DNA of 64,000 nucleotides from Eledone cirrhosa (GCA_964016885.1 OZ024740.1:260090001-260154000), one strand, 5' to 3'. Counted from the first letter of the stretch, positions 50,325 to 63,393 are shown. The notes: a model not told the origin generated them from the letters alone. Numbers and translations are program-made.

Positions 50325-52358
50325 CTAGCTAATAGGTTTAAAGTAGAAGAAAGAGCTTAATATTCGGTGGGGGCAAGAGGAAAATATTTCTGACTTTCTG
50401 TTTAGTAGAGGGCATTTAGCAAATATAATAGAGTGGGATTCGGCAAGGCATAGGTTACATACTCTATTATGAGGAGTATATGGATGGGATTTAGCAACCT
50501 GCCGCCAAGTAAGTGTGTAATGTGTTCGTGCATTTTTTAAATTGTGGACGTACGCTGCCAAGGAGGTGGAGTTCCTCAGTTTATTGTGTCTAAAAGTGCA
50601 CTGGTGAGAGTTAAACCTGGTCTTAAAGGGGGTGGAGGTTGATCCTATATATGTTTTAGTGGACGCCGTGGTTACCACATCACACGCGTAAACTATGTTT
50701 CTAATAAGGCAGAAACCATTCAGGGGGCAGCCTGAAGCCCTTCTACAGTTACAATTTCTGGTGATGCTATTCTCAGAATGATCACCACTTATGTTCCGGC
50801 CCCCTCTGTCCACTACCGTGTTTTCCCCTAGGCTTAGGTTGTCCAGGCGTTCCTTTATTTTCCTATTATTAGTAATGGCCAGATGAGAGGCCAGATTTTG
50901 GGTTGTAGAATACGAAAGTTTAACAACATTCTTATTGAGGATAGAGTGGTACCTATTACCAGGAGGGAAGTTCCTTTCTAACACAGAGAAGAAGGCCCTA
51001 GGAATATTTATAGCCACTTCAGAGTTAAAAGGGGGGTTGAAGTATGTATTCAATCTTCTTCTATTCTTTTTATTCTTTTTATTTCCATCACTATTATTAT
51101 TATTAGTATTATTATTTCTACGGTTACTATGCTCACCTAATTTATGCGGGGAGCTGCGAGGCCTACCATTGCTATTACTTAGACTAATGGTACCCTGCTG
51201 GTTCATTCCACCGGCATTTAGAACCCTCCCATTCGCGACACCTCTATTACCAATGGACATATTATGTGTTATAACAACACTGGTAGAGCTACTATTAGGA
51301 CTATTATTTCCCAGGGTATAATACAATTTGTCCCTAAAGCCGGATCTAGCTAAGGCATCATTATAGTAATCAGCCTGCGAGTCAAACGCCTCTTCACTAT
51401 GTGAGAGTGAACTTATTCTGTTAGATATGCCCTTCAATATACCGCTGATGACCGACCTAGGGTGGTTAGAGTTGGTATTCACGTAAGTCAGCAATTCATT
51501 AGGCTTATGGTACGGTGTGTACGTATGGTTATCCAAGTCTAATGTAACATCCAGGAAGTTCACAGTTCTATCATTTATATCTATAGTAATGGATAGGTTA
51601 AAGGTTTTAAAAAAGCTATGCAGCTTTTTCCTAATGCGCACTATATTATACTTACTAGTATCTATGGAGAGTAGGGCGTCATCCCGGTACAACCCACCCC
51701 TAAGGAATGGGAAGTTACTATGCAGTTCATTGAGGAGGTATAGCCCAACTAAGTCGGTGACCTGAGCAGAATCACTCGACCCCATAGTAATGTCAAAATT
51801 ATCAGGTGTGTTTTTTCTCATCCTTAGATTATCCTCAAACATGATAATGGTTTTACGTGCAGCGAGAACAATATCTATCTGTGGCCTTGTAATTGCCCCC
51901 CTCTGCATGGCTAGGATAAGGGCCTTATTGAGGATAATAGGAGATATAGATGTATAATAAGCATCAATATCAAATTGGATGAATCTGAGTGAGTCACGAC
52001 CACAATCCGTAGAGAACCACCTGATGACTTCACTAGTGTTACCCCAAAGCTCAAGGAAAGTTTTTTCTCTAACCAGGGGAATAACGCTATCCAAGATTCC
52101 CTTACTAATGATCCCCAGGTCAGACTTGGAGGGGCAGATAAGCCTAACTGAGGGTCTGCTAATAAAATTTTCCTTATGGTCCTTGAGGGTGAATCTAGGC
52201 TGCTTGGGGTAATAAGGTTGAGTGTGTTTATCCAGACCTAATTTTACCACTATGTTATACCCCTCCAGATTAATATTATCTAAATTACTCTGCGTTGTTT
52301 TTTTGTAGTTCCTATGTAGTTCATTATAAATGAAGCCGCGATAGGTTTTATAATCCAT
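50325..52358 (-). CDS. PLE polyprotein: RT + Cys linker + GIY-YIG endonuclease, uninterrupted (N-terminus truncated)
   Basis: LKDHK, FIQFDI, MGSSDSAQV, YRDDAL, NFLDVTLDL, YFNPPF, CNCRRASGCPLNGFC, IVY...YIGST, CNLCLAE, LLNRKSE. Confidence 0.9.
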   Translation of the reverse strand: MDYKTYRGFIYNELHRNYKKTTQSNLDNINLEGYNIVVKLGLDKHTQPYYPKQPRFTLKDHKENFISRPSVRLICPSKSDLGIISKGILDSVIPLVREKTFLELWGNTSEVIRWFSTDCGRDSLRFIQFDIDAYYTSISPIILNKALILAMQRGAITRPQIDIVLAARKTIIMFEDNLRMRKNTPDNFDITMGSSDSAQVTDLVGLYLLNELHSNFPFLRGGLYRDDALLSIDTSKYNIVRIRKKLHSFFKTFNLSITIDINDRTVNFLDVTLDLDNHTYTPYHKPNELLTYVNTNSNHPRSVISGILKGISNRISSLSHSEEAFDSQADYYNDALARSGFRDKLYYTLGNNSPNSSSTSVVITHNMSIGNRGVANGRVLNAGGMNQQGTISLSNSNGRPRSSPHKLGEHSNRRNNNTNNNNSDGNKKNKKNRRRLNTYFNPPFNSEVAINIPRAFFSVLERNFPPGNRYHSILNKNVVKLSYSTTQNLASHLAITNNRKIKERLDNLSLGENTVVDRGGRNISGDHSENSITRNCNCRRASGCPLNGFCLIRNIVYACDVVTTASTKTYIGSTSTPFKTRFNSHQCTFRHNKLRNSTSLAAYVHNLKNARTHYTLTWRQVAKSHPYTPHNRVCNLCLAESHSIIFAKCPLLNRKSEIFSSCPHRILSSFFYFKPIS

Positions 52359-52465
52359 ACTATATAAGTTTTTAGTTTTGTCAGAGGGGACCAGAATGGA
52401 TTTATTATCCCTAAAGTCCCTAACGATAGAACTTAGTTTACTCTGAAATTTATTGGTACATCTAG

Positions 52466-52741
52466 ATTTTTTATATATTTTTATATATTTATATATTTTT
52501 AGATATTTATATATATATATATATTTTTAGATATTTATATATATATATATATTTTTAGATATTTATATATATATATATATTTTTAGATATTTATATATAT
52601 TTATAGATATTTATATATATATATATATTTTTAGATATTTATATATATATATATATTTTTAGATATTTATATATATATATATATATATATATTTTTATAT
52701 ATATATATATATTTTTATATATTTATATATTTTTATATATT

Positions 52742-52806
<65 letters not shown>

Positions 52807-53337
52807 GTGTGTATATATATATGTGTGTGTATATATGTGTGTGTGTATATGTGTGTGTATATATATGTATGTATAAAAATGTTTGTGTATACACACACAC
52901 ATACGCATATATATATATGTATGTGTATATATATATATATATATGTATAAAAATGTTTGTGTATACACACACACATACGCATATATATATATGTATGTGT
53001 ATATATATATATATATATATGTATAAAAATGTTTGTGTATACACACACACATACGCATATATATATATGTATGTGTATATATATATATATATATATGTAT
53101 AAAAATGTGTGTGTATATACACACAGACACACGCATATATATATGTATGTGTATATATATGTATGTATGTATTAAAATGTGTCTGTATGCATATATATGT
53201 GTGTGTGTTTGTATGAATATATGTGTGTGTGTGTGTATGTATATGCGTGTGTGTGTGTATATATGTGTGTTTATATGTGTGTGTGCATGTGTGTGCGTGT
53301 GTATATATGTGTATGTGTGTGTCCATATATATATATG

Positions 53338-53372
<35 letters not shown>

Positions 53373-53373
53373 A
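52466..53373. repeat. TA/TG array with higher-order units
   Basis: TTTTAGATATTTATATA.. units at 52495-52680; ~75-bp unit starting GTATAAAAATG at 52871, 52946, 53021 and 53097. Confidence 0.93.
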
Positions 53374-53735
53374 TAGTACAGAGAATAATGTACAAATGTC
53401 AGGAAAATGAAAAGTGTACACGTCATGTAATACATGTGTGCGTATGTATGGAGGAGGGACATCAGGTGTAGTGTTGGCGAATCTCAGGAAGCATGGAGGT
53501 TCTAAAGGATGCAGTTCTCGACAGCTAACAACTGATGCAGGTAGTTTGTTCCATGCTTCAGCAACTCTGAGCGTGAAAAAATGTTTCCGAAAGTCATGGG
53601 AGCTGTGCTGTTTTCTGACTTTGTAGGCATGCCCATGTGTGTTAGACACATGGAAATCAAAAAGGTGTTCAGGGTTGTTGTTGGCAAGAAGCTTAATAAT
53701 TTTGTGGACAGAAGATAGATAGAAATGCCTTCTAC
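53374..53735 (-). mobile_element. CR1-type LINE 3' end
   Basis: THGHAYKV...RKHFFTLRVAEAWNKLP. Confidence 0.88.
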
Positions 53736-53861
53736 CAAACAAGAACTGCTTCATTCATATGAAATCATCAGGAATATCCAACACACATACATGCACTCAC
53801 ACACATATTAGATCTAGTGATCTAGGGAGGTAGAATTCAATCTTGATAATATAGTAATATA

Positions 53862-54096
53862 GACCGATGGGTGAAGAAGTGCCAGGAATTGCCAGTTGAA
53901 GGAAGACGTGGTAGAGGTAGACCACGAAAAACATGGGCGGAGGTGGTGAGAACAGACCTCAGATCATTGAAGCTCACGGTGGAGATGACGAGGGACCGTG
54001 ACGAGTGGAGAGATGCTGTGCTGAATAAGACCCATCCCACCCTTGCAAGCAGGGAAAAGCGGACGTAAAATGATGATGATGATGATGATGATGATA
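53862..54096 (+). mobile_element. RTE family C 3' end
   Basis: VEGRRGRGRPRKTWAEVV...DRDEWR; ends GCGGACGTAAAA(TGA)n. Confidence 0.9.
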
Positions 54097-54675
54097 GTAC
54101 ATATAATTTTTTTTATTGAGTTTCTTACAACATACCTATGATGATTTAGCAAAGTGAGTTATTAGTTCACTAAACTTCTTCAGAGAAGTACTGTGGCATT
54201 ATGCAGGTCTCTCATATAGTCTTTTTTGGGGGGGTGGGGGGATATACTCTTTTATTTTTTCTTAGCAGCTGTTGTTTAGGTTGGTCTTGATCGAGAAGAC
54301 TCATGAGCAAAGGCATACTAGCCATGGCCATCCCTTTTCAGACAATTTCTCCAGGTCTACATTGTTGTCTTTCAACTTAAAGGCAGTAGAGTGTAGTTTG
54401 AAAGAGATTTGACTGCTATTTTAAGCAGTTCCAACGACCATCATACAAACTCCTTCAAACAATATAAACACATGCTTAAAGCACCAAAGGTCATATGGTG
54501 TTAAACCTGTCACACGATTTGACATGAGTGTGGATGTAGACTGTGTAGTGGAAAATGCAGTTTTTTTTAATGTGATCACAGCAAGAAGTGTCAAAGACTA
54601 GGTTATTCAGCTTACTAAATTGTAAGAGGGAATTAGTTTGAGAGAAAGAGACACATTTAGCTGGGAGAAGGGAGC

Positions 54676-55225
54676 ACACATGGTAGAGCTACCCTAGGGT
54701 GCTAAATGCCTAGATTCATGGTAGAGCTACCTTAGGGTGCTAAATACCTAGATTCATGGTAGAGCTACCCTAGGGTGCTAAATACCCAGGTACACATTGT
54801 AAAGGTTGCCTAGGCTGCTACATACCTAGGTACACATTGTAAAGGTTGCCTAGGGTGTTAAATACCTAGGTGCACATTGTAAAGGTTGCCTAGGGTGTTA
54901 AATACCTAGGTGCACATTGTAAAGGTTGCCTAGGGTGTTAAATACCTAGGTGCACATTGTAAAGGTTGCCTAGGCTGCTAAATACCCAGGCACACCTAGT
55001 AGGACTATCATACACTGCTAAATACCCAAGTACACATTGTAGGGTTATCCTAGGGTGCTAAATACCCAGACACAGATAGTAGAGCTAGCCTAGGGTGCTA
55101 AATACCTAGGTACACATTGTAGAGCTAGCCTAGGGTGCTAAATACCCATGTACACATTGTAGGGCTTGTCTAGGCAGCGAAATACCCAGGTACATATTGT
55201 AGGGCTTGCCCAAGGTGCTGGCCCA
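54676..55225. repeat. 38-40-bp minisatellite, ~13-14 units
   Basis: Unit CACATTGTAAAGGTTGCCTAGGGTGTTAAATACCTAGGTG. Confidence 0.95.
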
Positions 55226-55409
55226 GGTCTTTCTCCTTTTGACAGTATAGAGTGATTTGAGAGAGATGTGGCTACTGTTTTTAGCATTTCAAGAGATTAC
55301 GTTGGTCTCATTGTTATACGTGTTTATAGAGATGATTTGTTGTTGATAATATTTGAGATAATCTCACGTTTGTGTTTAGTTAGAAGTTGTCCTGTAGTCT
55401 GAAGGACAG

Positions 55410-55660
55410 ATAGGTGGTGGTAGTGGGTGGATGGGTGGGTGGGATGTTTGGAAGTAATTGTGGTGGCGGCATGCTTGGAGGTAACAGAGGTGGTGGGTAG
55501 AGTGCTTTGAAGTAATAGTGGGGTGGTGGTGGTGGTGGGGTGCTTGGAGGTAACAGAGGTGGTGGGTGGAGTGCTTTGAAGTAATAGTGGGGTGGTGGTG
55601 CGTGGAGTGCTTTGAGGTAATAGTGGTGGTGGGGCAGTGGTGCTGTTAGTAGTGGTAGTG
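55410..55660. repeat. GGT-rich compound minisatellite
   Basis: GAGTGCTTTGAAGTAATAGTGGGGTGGTGGT and GCTTGGAGGTAACAGAGGTGGTGGGT units. Confidence 0.8.
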
Positions 55661-57404
55661 TCCTCTTCCTGATGAATCCTCCTTAAAAAAATATAAAAGC
55701 ACCCACCCCTCCCCAAACATTCCTCTGACTCAACAACTTTATCTATCCTCTTTCTCTCTATCTTTTTTTCTCTCTCTCTCTCTCTCTCAGTATGATTATG
55801 TTAAATTACTCCACCTCACTGAGGTAAAAATGATGATGATGATGATTATTAGTAATGTGACAATCTGTAAATTAGTCTGAGGAAACCAACCAGATGTCAT
55901 TTAGTTGACCCCAAATCTTAAATCCTCTCTCCTCACACTTCAACCACCACCACCACCTCAAATCTTACATCCTCTCTCTCCCCACCCCACCATCACCTCA
56001 AATCTTACATCCTCTCCGCCACCCCACACTACCACCACCACACACACACATATATATATATATATATACTGTCGCTTACTATGTACCACAGTAATAATAA
56101 TAATGATGTTTCAGTAAGTCTGATGAACTGCTACCTTACATAAGACATCAAAGATAAGACAGGTGAGGGGGGGGGGGGTATCTTTAAAAGGCCACTTCTC
56201 TGTTATTGACTTGATAACAGCTCTTACTAAACTATTACAAACCTCTCACCTTAACCTTAATATCTTTTAATAAACTATTACAACACCCCACTTTAACCTT
56301 AACATATTTTAATAGACTATTACAACCCTCTAGTGTTATGACACCAGTATTTGCCTTCAGGGACATATTAAGCTTGCATGCAGCTCCTGGCTGAATGTTT
56401 CATCAGGACCCTTTAAATACTGTGGGGTCCAGCCTAGTCAATCTGCCACTGGTAGTGGGAGCTTATTGCCACTACTATTTCTCGGTTTCCCTACTCTAGA
56501 ACCAAGGTAGTTAAGCCTTGCCCTAAGCCTTTCTTCTTCTCCCACTTATTCCTGGGAAGGCCATGGGGGCAGAGTCCTCAAGCACACCTCCCAGCGGGTC
56601 TTGTCAGAAGCAACCATTTCCAATTAATCCAGCTGTATCCCCATGTGAGACCAACCAAGCTCATGGATGTTATCCAACCATCTTGTTTAGGGTCCGCTCC
56701 TGGGTCTTCTTTTAACAGATTATGACAATTCTAACCTTTGCCCTAACATGGCAATATTTAATAAATTATTACAACTGTTACCCTAATCCTTACCCTAACC
56801 CATTTTAATAAATTATTACATAAAGAGGATATTTGAAAGGTTTCACTTCTGACCTTAGATATTTGTTGTTACTGGAACATAACAGCATCATAATGAGTAG
56901 TTGAATCTTACAATGTGTGTGTGAACTTGTAACCATATATGTATGTATGTGTGTGGTTGTGTATGTGTGCATGCTTAAATATAAATGCATAAACATGTAC
57001 ATTTATAATTGAATATGTATGTGTGTATTTTGTATATTTAATGGTAATGGTATGTTTACGAATAAACATTTGGAAAGTTCTTTAGCTATGAATATTGAAA
57101 AGCTGATAGCTAGCGCCATCTAATGGATTCTAGCAGAAGCAGTAGTGGATCACTGTCAATGTGTTTCTGGCTTATGGCCATTATCAGAGCAGTGCTTCCC
57201 CTCACCTTACTCGTTGCTGGAATTTGAAACAGACAAAATATATAGTATTTTCGCCTATGTAGATGGGCTGATTAGTCTCATTTACATATGGAACTGTCAA
57301 GCCGGCTCAGCTTTAAAGTAGGATTAAAGTTTTTGTTCCGACATAGCTGTATACATATAAGTATGTGAATTTTGTATATCTAATGATATGCAAATATATA
57401 TAAA

Positions 57405-57631
57405 CACCAAGCCCACACTGTAAAGTGGTTGTGTAGGTGTCACGACAAAAAAGCACCCAGCACACACTGTAAATGTAGTTGGTGTTAGGAAGGGCACCCA
57501 GCCGTAGAAACCAAGCCAGAAACAGTCTTATCTGAGCAAGATGCAGTCACCTGACCCAACTTGCCTCAAACGGAACAACCCGTCTAACCCATGCTAGCAT
57601 GGAAAAATGGACGTTAAACAACGATGATGAT
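57405..57631 (+). mobile_element. Older RTE-type 3' UTR / SINE tail
   Basis: GGTGTTAGGAAGGGCACCCAGCCGTAGAAA...CCCATGCTAGCATGG...GGACGTTAAA. Confidence 0.8.
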
Positions 57632-58344
57632 AAGTGGGTGTGTGTGTATGTAACTATGTCATCATTATTTTATGTCCACATTCCATCCTGGCAGCAGTTG
57701 GATGATTTGTCTTGATTTGAGGCTTGACTGTTCAGAGAGACTTCCGCTTGTTGATATGCTTATAACTGTGTGTAAATATCCTTATAAATATACAAACATA
57801 TATACACTTATAAATGTTTGTGTAACTAAATACAAGTCCTCATCATCATGTCCCCACCACTGGTGCAGCCTGTCGTTGGGGTGACACTGTAGATGCTTTT
57901 GCATCTATAATTACAAGTACAAAAACCACTCAACAAAACTTAAATATGACCTTCACTGGAATACTGTTCTGTGCTGTTGGTGTTATTGCTGCACACAGAC
58001 ATCTTAATTTTTTAATGATTATTTTCATGACTGAAAAAGGTTAATGGAATTATTGCCTATTTCACAAATGGCTTTTCTCTACAAACAAAATTATGATGGA
58101 AGGTTTTTAGATAAATATAAACACTTTAAAACATTTGTTTCATAAAACTAGAGGTGGTTTCAAGTAGTTTGGTATGACATGGATCCTTAATGTATCTAAA
58201 CCTGGCAGCTCCCTTCCCTTTCCAGGTCTGAACTTGGCCAATTTCTTTCAGTGAAAGTGGAGATAAATAGAGAAATAAGAAAAAAATATAAAGAAAGAAA
58301 TATAGAGAATGTCCAGTACTGAAATGATGCTTTTTTTTTTTTTT

Positions 58345-58462
58345 GAGCTCGGAATGATGAAAGGCAAAGCTGACTTCAGCAGGATTTTAACTCAGAACAG
58401 AGCGCCAGAACAAATACCACCATCTTTCTAACAACATTCTAATGACCCTGTTAATTCGCCAT
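58345..58462 (-). mobile_element. Degenerate SINE (family of 315-1190)
   Basis: GATGAAAGGCAAAGCTGACTTCAGCAGGATTTTAACTCAG. Confidence 0.65.
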
Positions 58463-59214
58463 TTGGTATAAATTCTATTTTGGTTTCAAAAGTGTTAGTG
58501 TGCCCAGCTACAGGGCCATATTAAGATCTTGGGAGGGGCCTGGGGCAGTTCAGATTTGGTGGGCTCTTCATATAATAATAAACACTTTAAGGGTGGTAGA
58601 CTGGTGATGGTAGGAGAAATTAATTGAAAATATTTTAAGTTACAAATTTACAAGCACACATACACACACACACACGTGTGTACATATGTGTGTGTGTGTT
58701 TAATTTCCTTAATTTGTTTTTACAGGTAATACATTGGTATTTTTTTACCTGGGTATTAGGATTAAAGTGGTTGAGTAGTTCGTTGTTTAGCCCTAGGTCA
58801 ATTCTGACCAATATACCTTTCATATATCTCATGATGATGATGCCACCACTGCCTATATAAGATCTGCTTTCCTTGCTAGCAAGGGTTGGATATGTCTTCA
58901 CAGACCAAGTCAGTACTGAAGCAGGTCTACAGACATTGACAGGCCAGGAGCCTGCATTCTCACTTACATATAGTCCTATGCTCTACTGAGTGCATTTTAT
59001 CATGGCACAAGCACTTGGGAGGATTCCATTAAAGGCACACATAGGCTGTGATTAAGCAACAGAATTAAGTCTACCACCTAAGTAGGCTAGAGCTGGATTT
59101 GAACTCAGAACATGAAAGCCTGGAACAAGTAACTCAAGACATTCTATGTGACATTCTACTGATTGTATCAGTTCACCAGCCAAAACTGGTGATTTATTTT
59201 ATTGATTCACCCTA

Positions 59215-59400
59215 AAGCAACCTATGCCAGCAAGACCTAAATCATGACAAAGACCAACTGGAAGCTGAATGCATTCCATCAAAGGGGTCTTGGAGAGATT
59301 ATGAAAGTGATCTGGCAAGATCAGATTACAGTTTGTGTCAAAAGACATGACAGCTTCTCCTCTGCACTTGATAATGACCTTTTGTAAGTGGGATACAGAA
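59215..59400 (+). pseudogene. Highly decayed RTE-type fragment
   Basis: Translates KLNAFHQRGLGEIMKVIWQDQIT, resembling the RTE C-terminal motif. Confidence 0.5.
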
Positions 59401-59982
59401 CTCCTCCACCTGTCTGGAATGTCAGTGGCCCCCATTTCAGTACTTAGAAGGATTCTTCCAATTGTGTCAAAAGACACAACTTCTCTGCAATCGATATTAA
59501 CCATACATAAGTGGGATATCGATCTCCTCGGCCTGCCTGGGCTGTCAATGGTCCCGTTTCAGCACTAACATGGTCTATGGAAACCTATTCAACCCTTTCT
59601 AGCAGAGAAAATGGATGTTTAATGATGATGATATTCTGAGGAGAGTAGGTACTACAACAGTTCCACCTAGTTGGCAACATCTCCATTTACCTGATCACCA
59701 GCTCTTGAAAATGGAAATGAGTTGAACTCTTCTTGAAGGCAAACAGAAAAGGGGAAGATCGCCTCACCTCACAATGGACATTTCAAGATCGTTTGATGGC
59801 TGTCAACATCACCTGGAATGGATGTAAAAGAGTGGCAGTGGATTGTGTGAACATTGGGGGATGCTTGTCACACAATATGGTATCCAGCACAGGAGGACCT
59901 ACATCTAAGTGAGGCACATGTTCACACATTTATGTACTCTCATGTATACATACATTCTCACTTTTATGTATACATGCTTGGG

Positions 59983-59985
<3 letters not shown>

Positions 59986-60074
<89 letters not shown>
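59986..60074. repeat. (CA)n microsatellite
   Basis: Direct inspection. Confidence 0.98.
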
Positions 60075-60075
<1 letters not shown>

Positions 60076-60600
60076 ATATATATACATATATATATATATG
60101 CATATATACATAGTGGTATCTACCTGTCTATGGTAGGGCCAATAACATTGTTAGGACTCCATGTAGTCTTGAAGAAATAATTCCGAGATCATGTGATGAG
60201 AGTTATGTTTTTGTTGTAGGCGTTTATCATTTCAGATTCCGTTATGAAATATATATATACACATACATGTATGTATGTACGTATGTATGTATATTTTGAA
60301 CAATGAAAATAAAACAAAAGGTGAAGATAGATGAAATAATTAAGCACCAATCTTTGCCTATTGTTTTATTTTCGTTGTTTAAAACATATATATGACAAGT
60401 AAGTTTGTTTTGAAACAGCAAGTGAGTTTGGAATAGAAATAGAAGTTTTCGCTGTACTTTTTCACTAAAGAAATTTTAGTCTAATAGTGGGGTTTAGAAC
60501 CCTCTAAGAAATGAAAAAAGATGAGTATTGAGGTACAAACTTACTTGTCATTATACTTGCTTTGAATATATAGCTTCTAATTTGAATGGAGAGGGATGGG

Positions 60601-60672
60601 TGATGTGTTGGTGGAATGGTAGCACAGTGGTCTTGATAACCAAAGATGGGGGTTCGACCCCCATGCATGTCA
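60601..60672 (+). pseudogene. tRNA-like sequence (pseudogene or SINE head) between ~100-bp inverted arms
   Basis: TGGTGGAATGG A box, GGTTCGACCCC B box, cloverleaf-like pairing, following T-run; T-arm non-canonical. Confidence 0.6.
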
Positions 60673-60876
60673 ATACTCTTTTTTTTCCATTTCTTAGAGG
60701 GTTCTAAACCCCACTATCAGGCTAAAACTTCTTTAGTAAAAAAATACAAGGAAAACTTCTATTTCTATATAAAAAGAGATAAAAGGCTAAACAATGCAAA
60801 ATGGACTGTAAGATGAGGTAATGAAAAGTAAGTTACCTGGTAATCTTTTTTTTTTTTTGTTCTTCTTTTTTTCTGT

Positions 60877-60912
60877 CCAATATTTCGGGACCTAAAAGTC
60901 CCTTCTTCAGGG
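60877..60912 (-). ncRNA. Minimal hammerhead-like motif
   Basis: CC-CTGAAGA-A-GGGAC[TTTTAG]GTCCC-GAAA-TATT-GG; helix I is only 2 bp. Confidence 0.5.
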
Positions 60913-61657
60913 TTTAAGGACCTTTCAGAGGATAAAGTTCCAATTTCCTCTCTTTGGGATTAAATTTTGATTAAAGTTTTTCTAAGTTGTTATCAAACAT
61001 TTTTTTATGGTTATTTTGCTCTTCACGAGAATGACGTCAATTGCTGATGTAGTATTTCCTGAAATCAATTTTCTTTTTTGTATGAGATGTTGCTTAGGTT
61101 GTGTGCATGTGGGTGTGTCTTTTTATGTTAGGTATTGTGTGCTGAGTTCTAATCTATTATTTATTTGTGGGTCGAGTCTAGTTAACCCTATTATGGACTA
61201 ACATTCCCTCCAGTGGGGAGTCTTGCACCCTCAGTCACTTGACACCGATGAAACCAGGATAAGCTCCAGCCTATTGGGCCTCCATCACAGTAAATCTAAT
61301 TACTAATGGCTAGTAGAAAATACATATTCACATTCTATGTTTACCACTAGTGCCAGCACCAGCACCTCAGTATCTAACACCCTAGGATAGCTTGACAGTG
61401 TTTTTCCATTCTTCCCCTAAAAAAACTTCAACTTATAATTTGGTAAGTTGTCAAACCTAGTTTTTAACACTTCTTGTTCTAAACACACTAAGAAAATTAC
61501 AAAGCTTGCATTTTCCACTACACAGTCCCTACTTACTCATGTCAAATCATGTTACATGTCATAAAACTATACAACCCACTCCACCACTTCAGATATTTCC
61601 CCAATGCCGCTATGTGACAAAGATATTTAATGATTTATTTATTGATTGCAGAAAATT

Positions 61658-62237
61658 ATCATCATCATCATCAACGTTTAACGTCCGTGTTCCACGCTTG
61701 CATGGGTTTGGACGGGGGTATTCCCACTTGAGGCAAGAGTGATTGTCTTGCTCGCATAGGACTGTCTGGCAGGTTTTCTACAGCTGGATGCCCTTCCTAA
61801 CACCAACCACATTTACAGTGTGGGTCTGGGAGGTTTTTACCGTGTTGCCTACACGGCCACATTACAGCGTGGACTGTGTGTTTTTTTGTCGTGACACCTA
61901 CACGATCTCATTTGTTTCGGCCTGGATGGTGTGGCACCAACATAACTTTACATAGGAGGGGGTGGTGTGGATGGGGTGGGGGTGGTGGGACGGGGGGTAT
62001 TTTGTTAGAGATGCCTACTGGCTGTAGTAGGTTTTACTATGTATTTAGGTAAGGCGGGTCTTCTCTATTACTGAGTACCGCCAAAGGTCTCGGTCCAGTG
62101 ACAGTGTCTTGGAGAGGTGTAAATGTGTGAGGTCGGAGTTTATCAGCTCGTCCCAGGTTTTTCTAGGTCTGCCTATTCCGTGGCTACCGTCTATCTTTAT
62201 TGCCCTGCACTTTGTTATACAGCTATCGACTTTCATA
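61658..62237 (-). mobile_element. RTE family A 3' fragment
   Basis: [10 protein letters not shown]...EKTRLT*, UTR, (TGA)n. Confidence 0.93.
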
Positions 62238-62449
62238 TTTAATTTAATTATACAAATTTGTATAAAACTGTGATCTTTTAAAGTTCAATAATGTACTTCT
62301 CTGAGGTATGTGCCCTGGGTGGCTGCTGAGTTGGCCTTTATGGTAGCATTAATCTTACATATGACAATACCAGTTAATACCAGTTTGACCTAGTTTCACT
62401 GTGGTTACCATCAGCTATCATCTTTCAAGTCATTCACCTACCATTTGCC

Positions 62450-63393
62450 AGATCTCCTTATCAGGTCTGTTTGTATCCCATGATAAACATGCTGTTTCAG
62501 ACCTGGACACAATGCAGCAATGGATTACAGACTGGCAACTCAAGCTAGCTGTGGACAAGTGTACCGCCATGCATTTTGGGAGGAAAAACCTAGCTTTCAC
62601 ATACTCCCTCCACAACACCACTCTCAAGAAGTCTTCTTGTGAACGTGATCTGGGCATTATTGCCAACAGCGACTTGCGTTGGACAAAGCACATCTGTAAA
62701 AGTGTCAAGAAGACCGAGGATGTCTTAGCATCACCCAGTAAGACCTTTGTCAGCCACTCTCCAGCTATCTATTTAAAGCTGTATATAGCTATGGTGCAAC
62801 CACACTTAGAACTTACATCACCAATATGGAACCCCTATCTTATTCAGAATATTGATCTCCTGGAAACTATTCAGAGACGTGCAACCAAACAAATACCCTC
62901 CATCAGGCATCTACCATACTCTGAAGGCCTTGCTTCCTTGAGCATGGATACATTAAAGCTCTGATGTCTGGCAACAGACTTGGTAAACACCCACAAGATT
63001 ATTAACCATCTTTCCAACAACAACCCTGGGCACGTTTTTGAATTCCTTATGTCTAACACCCATGGACATGCTTACAAAATCAGAAAACAGTACAGCCCCC
63101 ATGATTTTTGGAAACATGTTTTGCTGAAGCATGGAACAAACTACCTGCATCAGTTGTTAGCTGTCAGAACACTGCATCCTTCAAAACTTCCATGCTTCCC
63201 AAAATTTGCCAACACTACACCTGATATTCCCCCTCCATACACACGCATGCATGTGTGTGTGTCTGTGTGTATATCATGACTCATGCACTGTTCACTTTTC
63301 TGACATTTGTACATTATTCTATGTACTATACATGCACCTTTTGATGAGTTGAAGTGCATCTGAGCATTGTACACAATAATGTTCATTATTATT
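62450..63393 (+). pseudogene. CR1-type LINE 3' part
   Basis: WQLKLAVDKC, ERDLGI, LYIAMVQPHLE...WNPY, IQRRATK; same family as 53374-53735. Confidence 0.88.

Larger units (their letters stand above)
48150..52465 (-). mobile_element. Hydra-clade-like PLE, 5'-truncated, with a ~2-kb 3' region ending in a hammerhead
   Basis: ORF 50325-52358 and a same-strand hammerhead at 48287-48332. Continuity of the UTR is inferred. Confidence 0.78.

Noticed and set aside
54676-55225. CRISPR-like periodicity (also 10575-10877)
   Set aside because: No unique spacers, no cas genes, eukaryotic context.
55324-55716. Mucin-like Thr/Pro-rich ORF
   Set aside because: Explained by the GGT-rich minisatellite; no splice or homology support.
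56730-56802. Telomeric repeats
   Set aside because: Only scattered CCCTAA words, no array.
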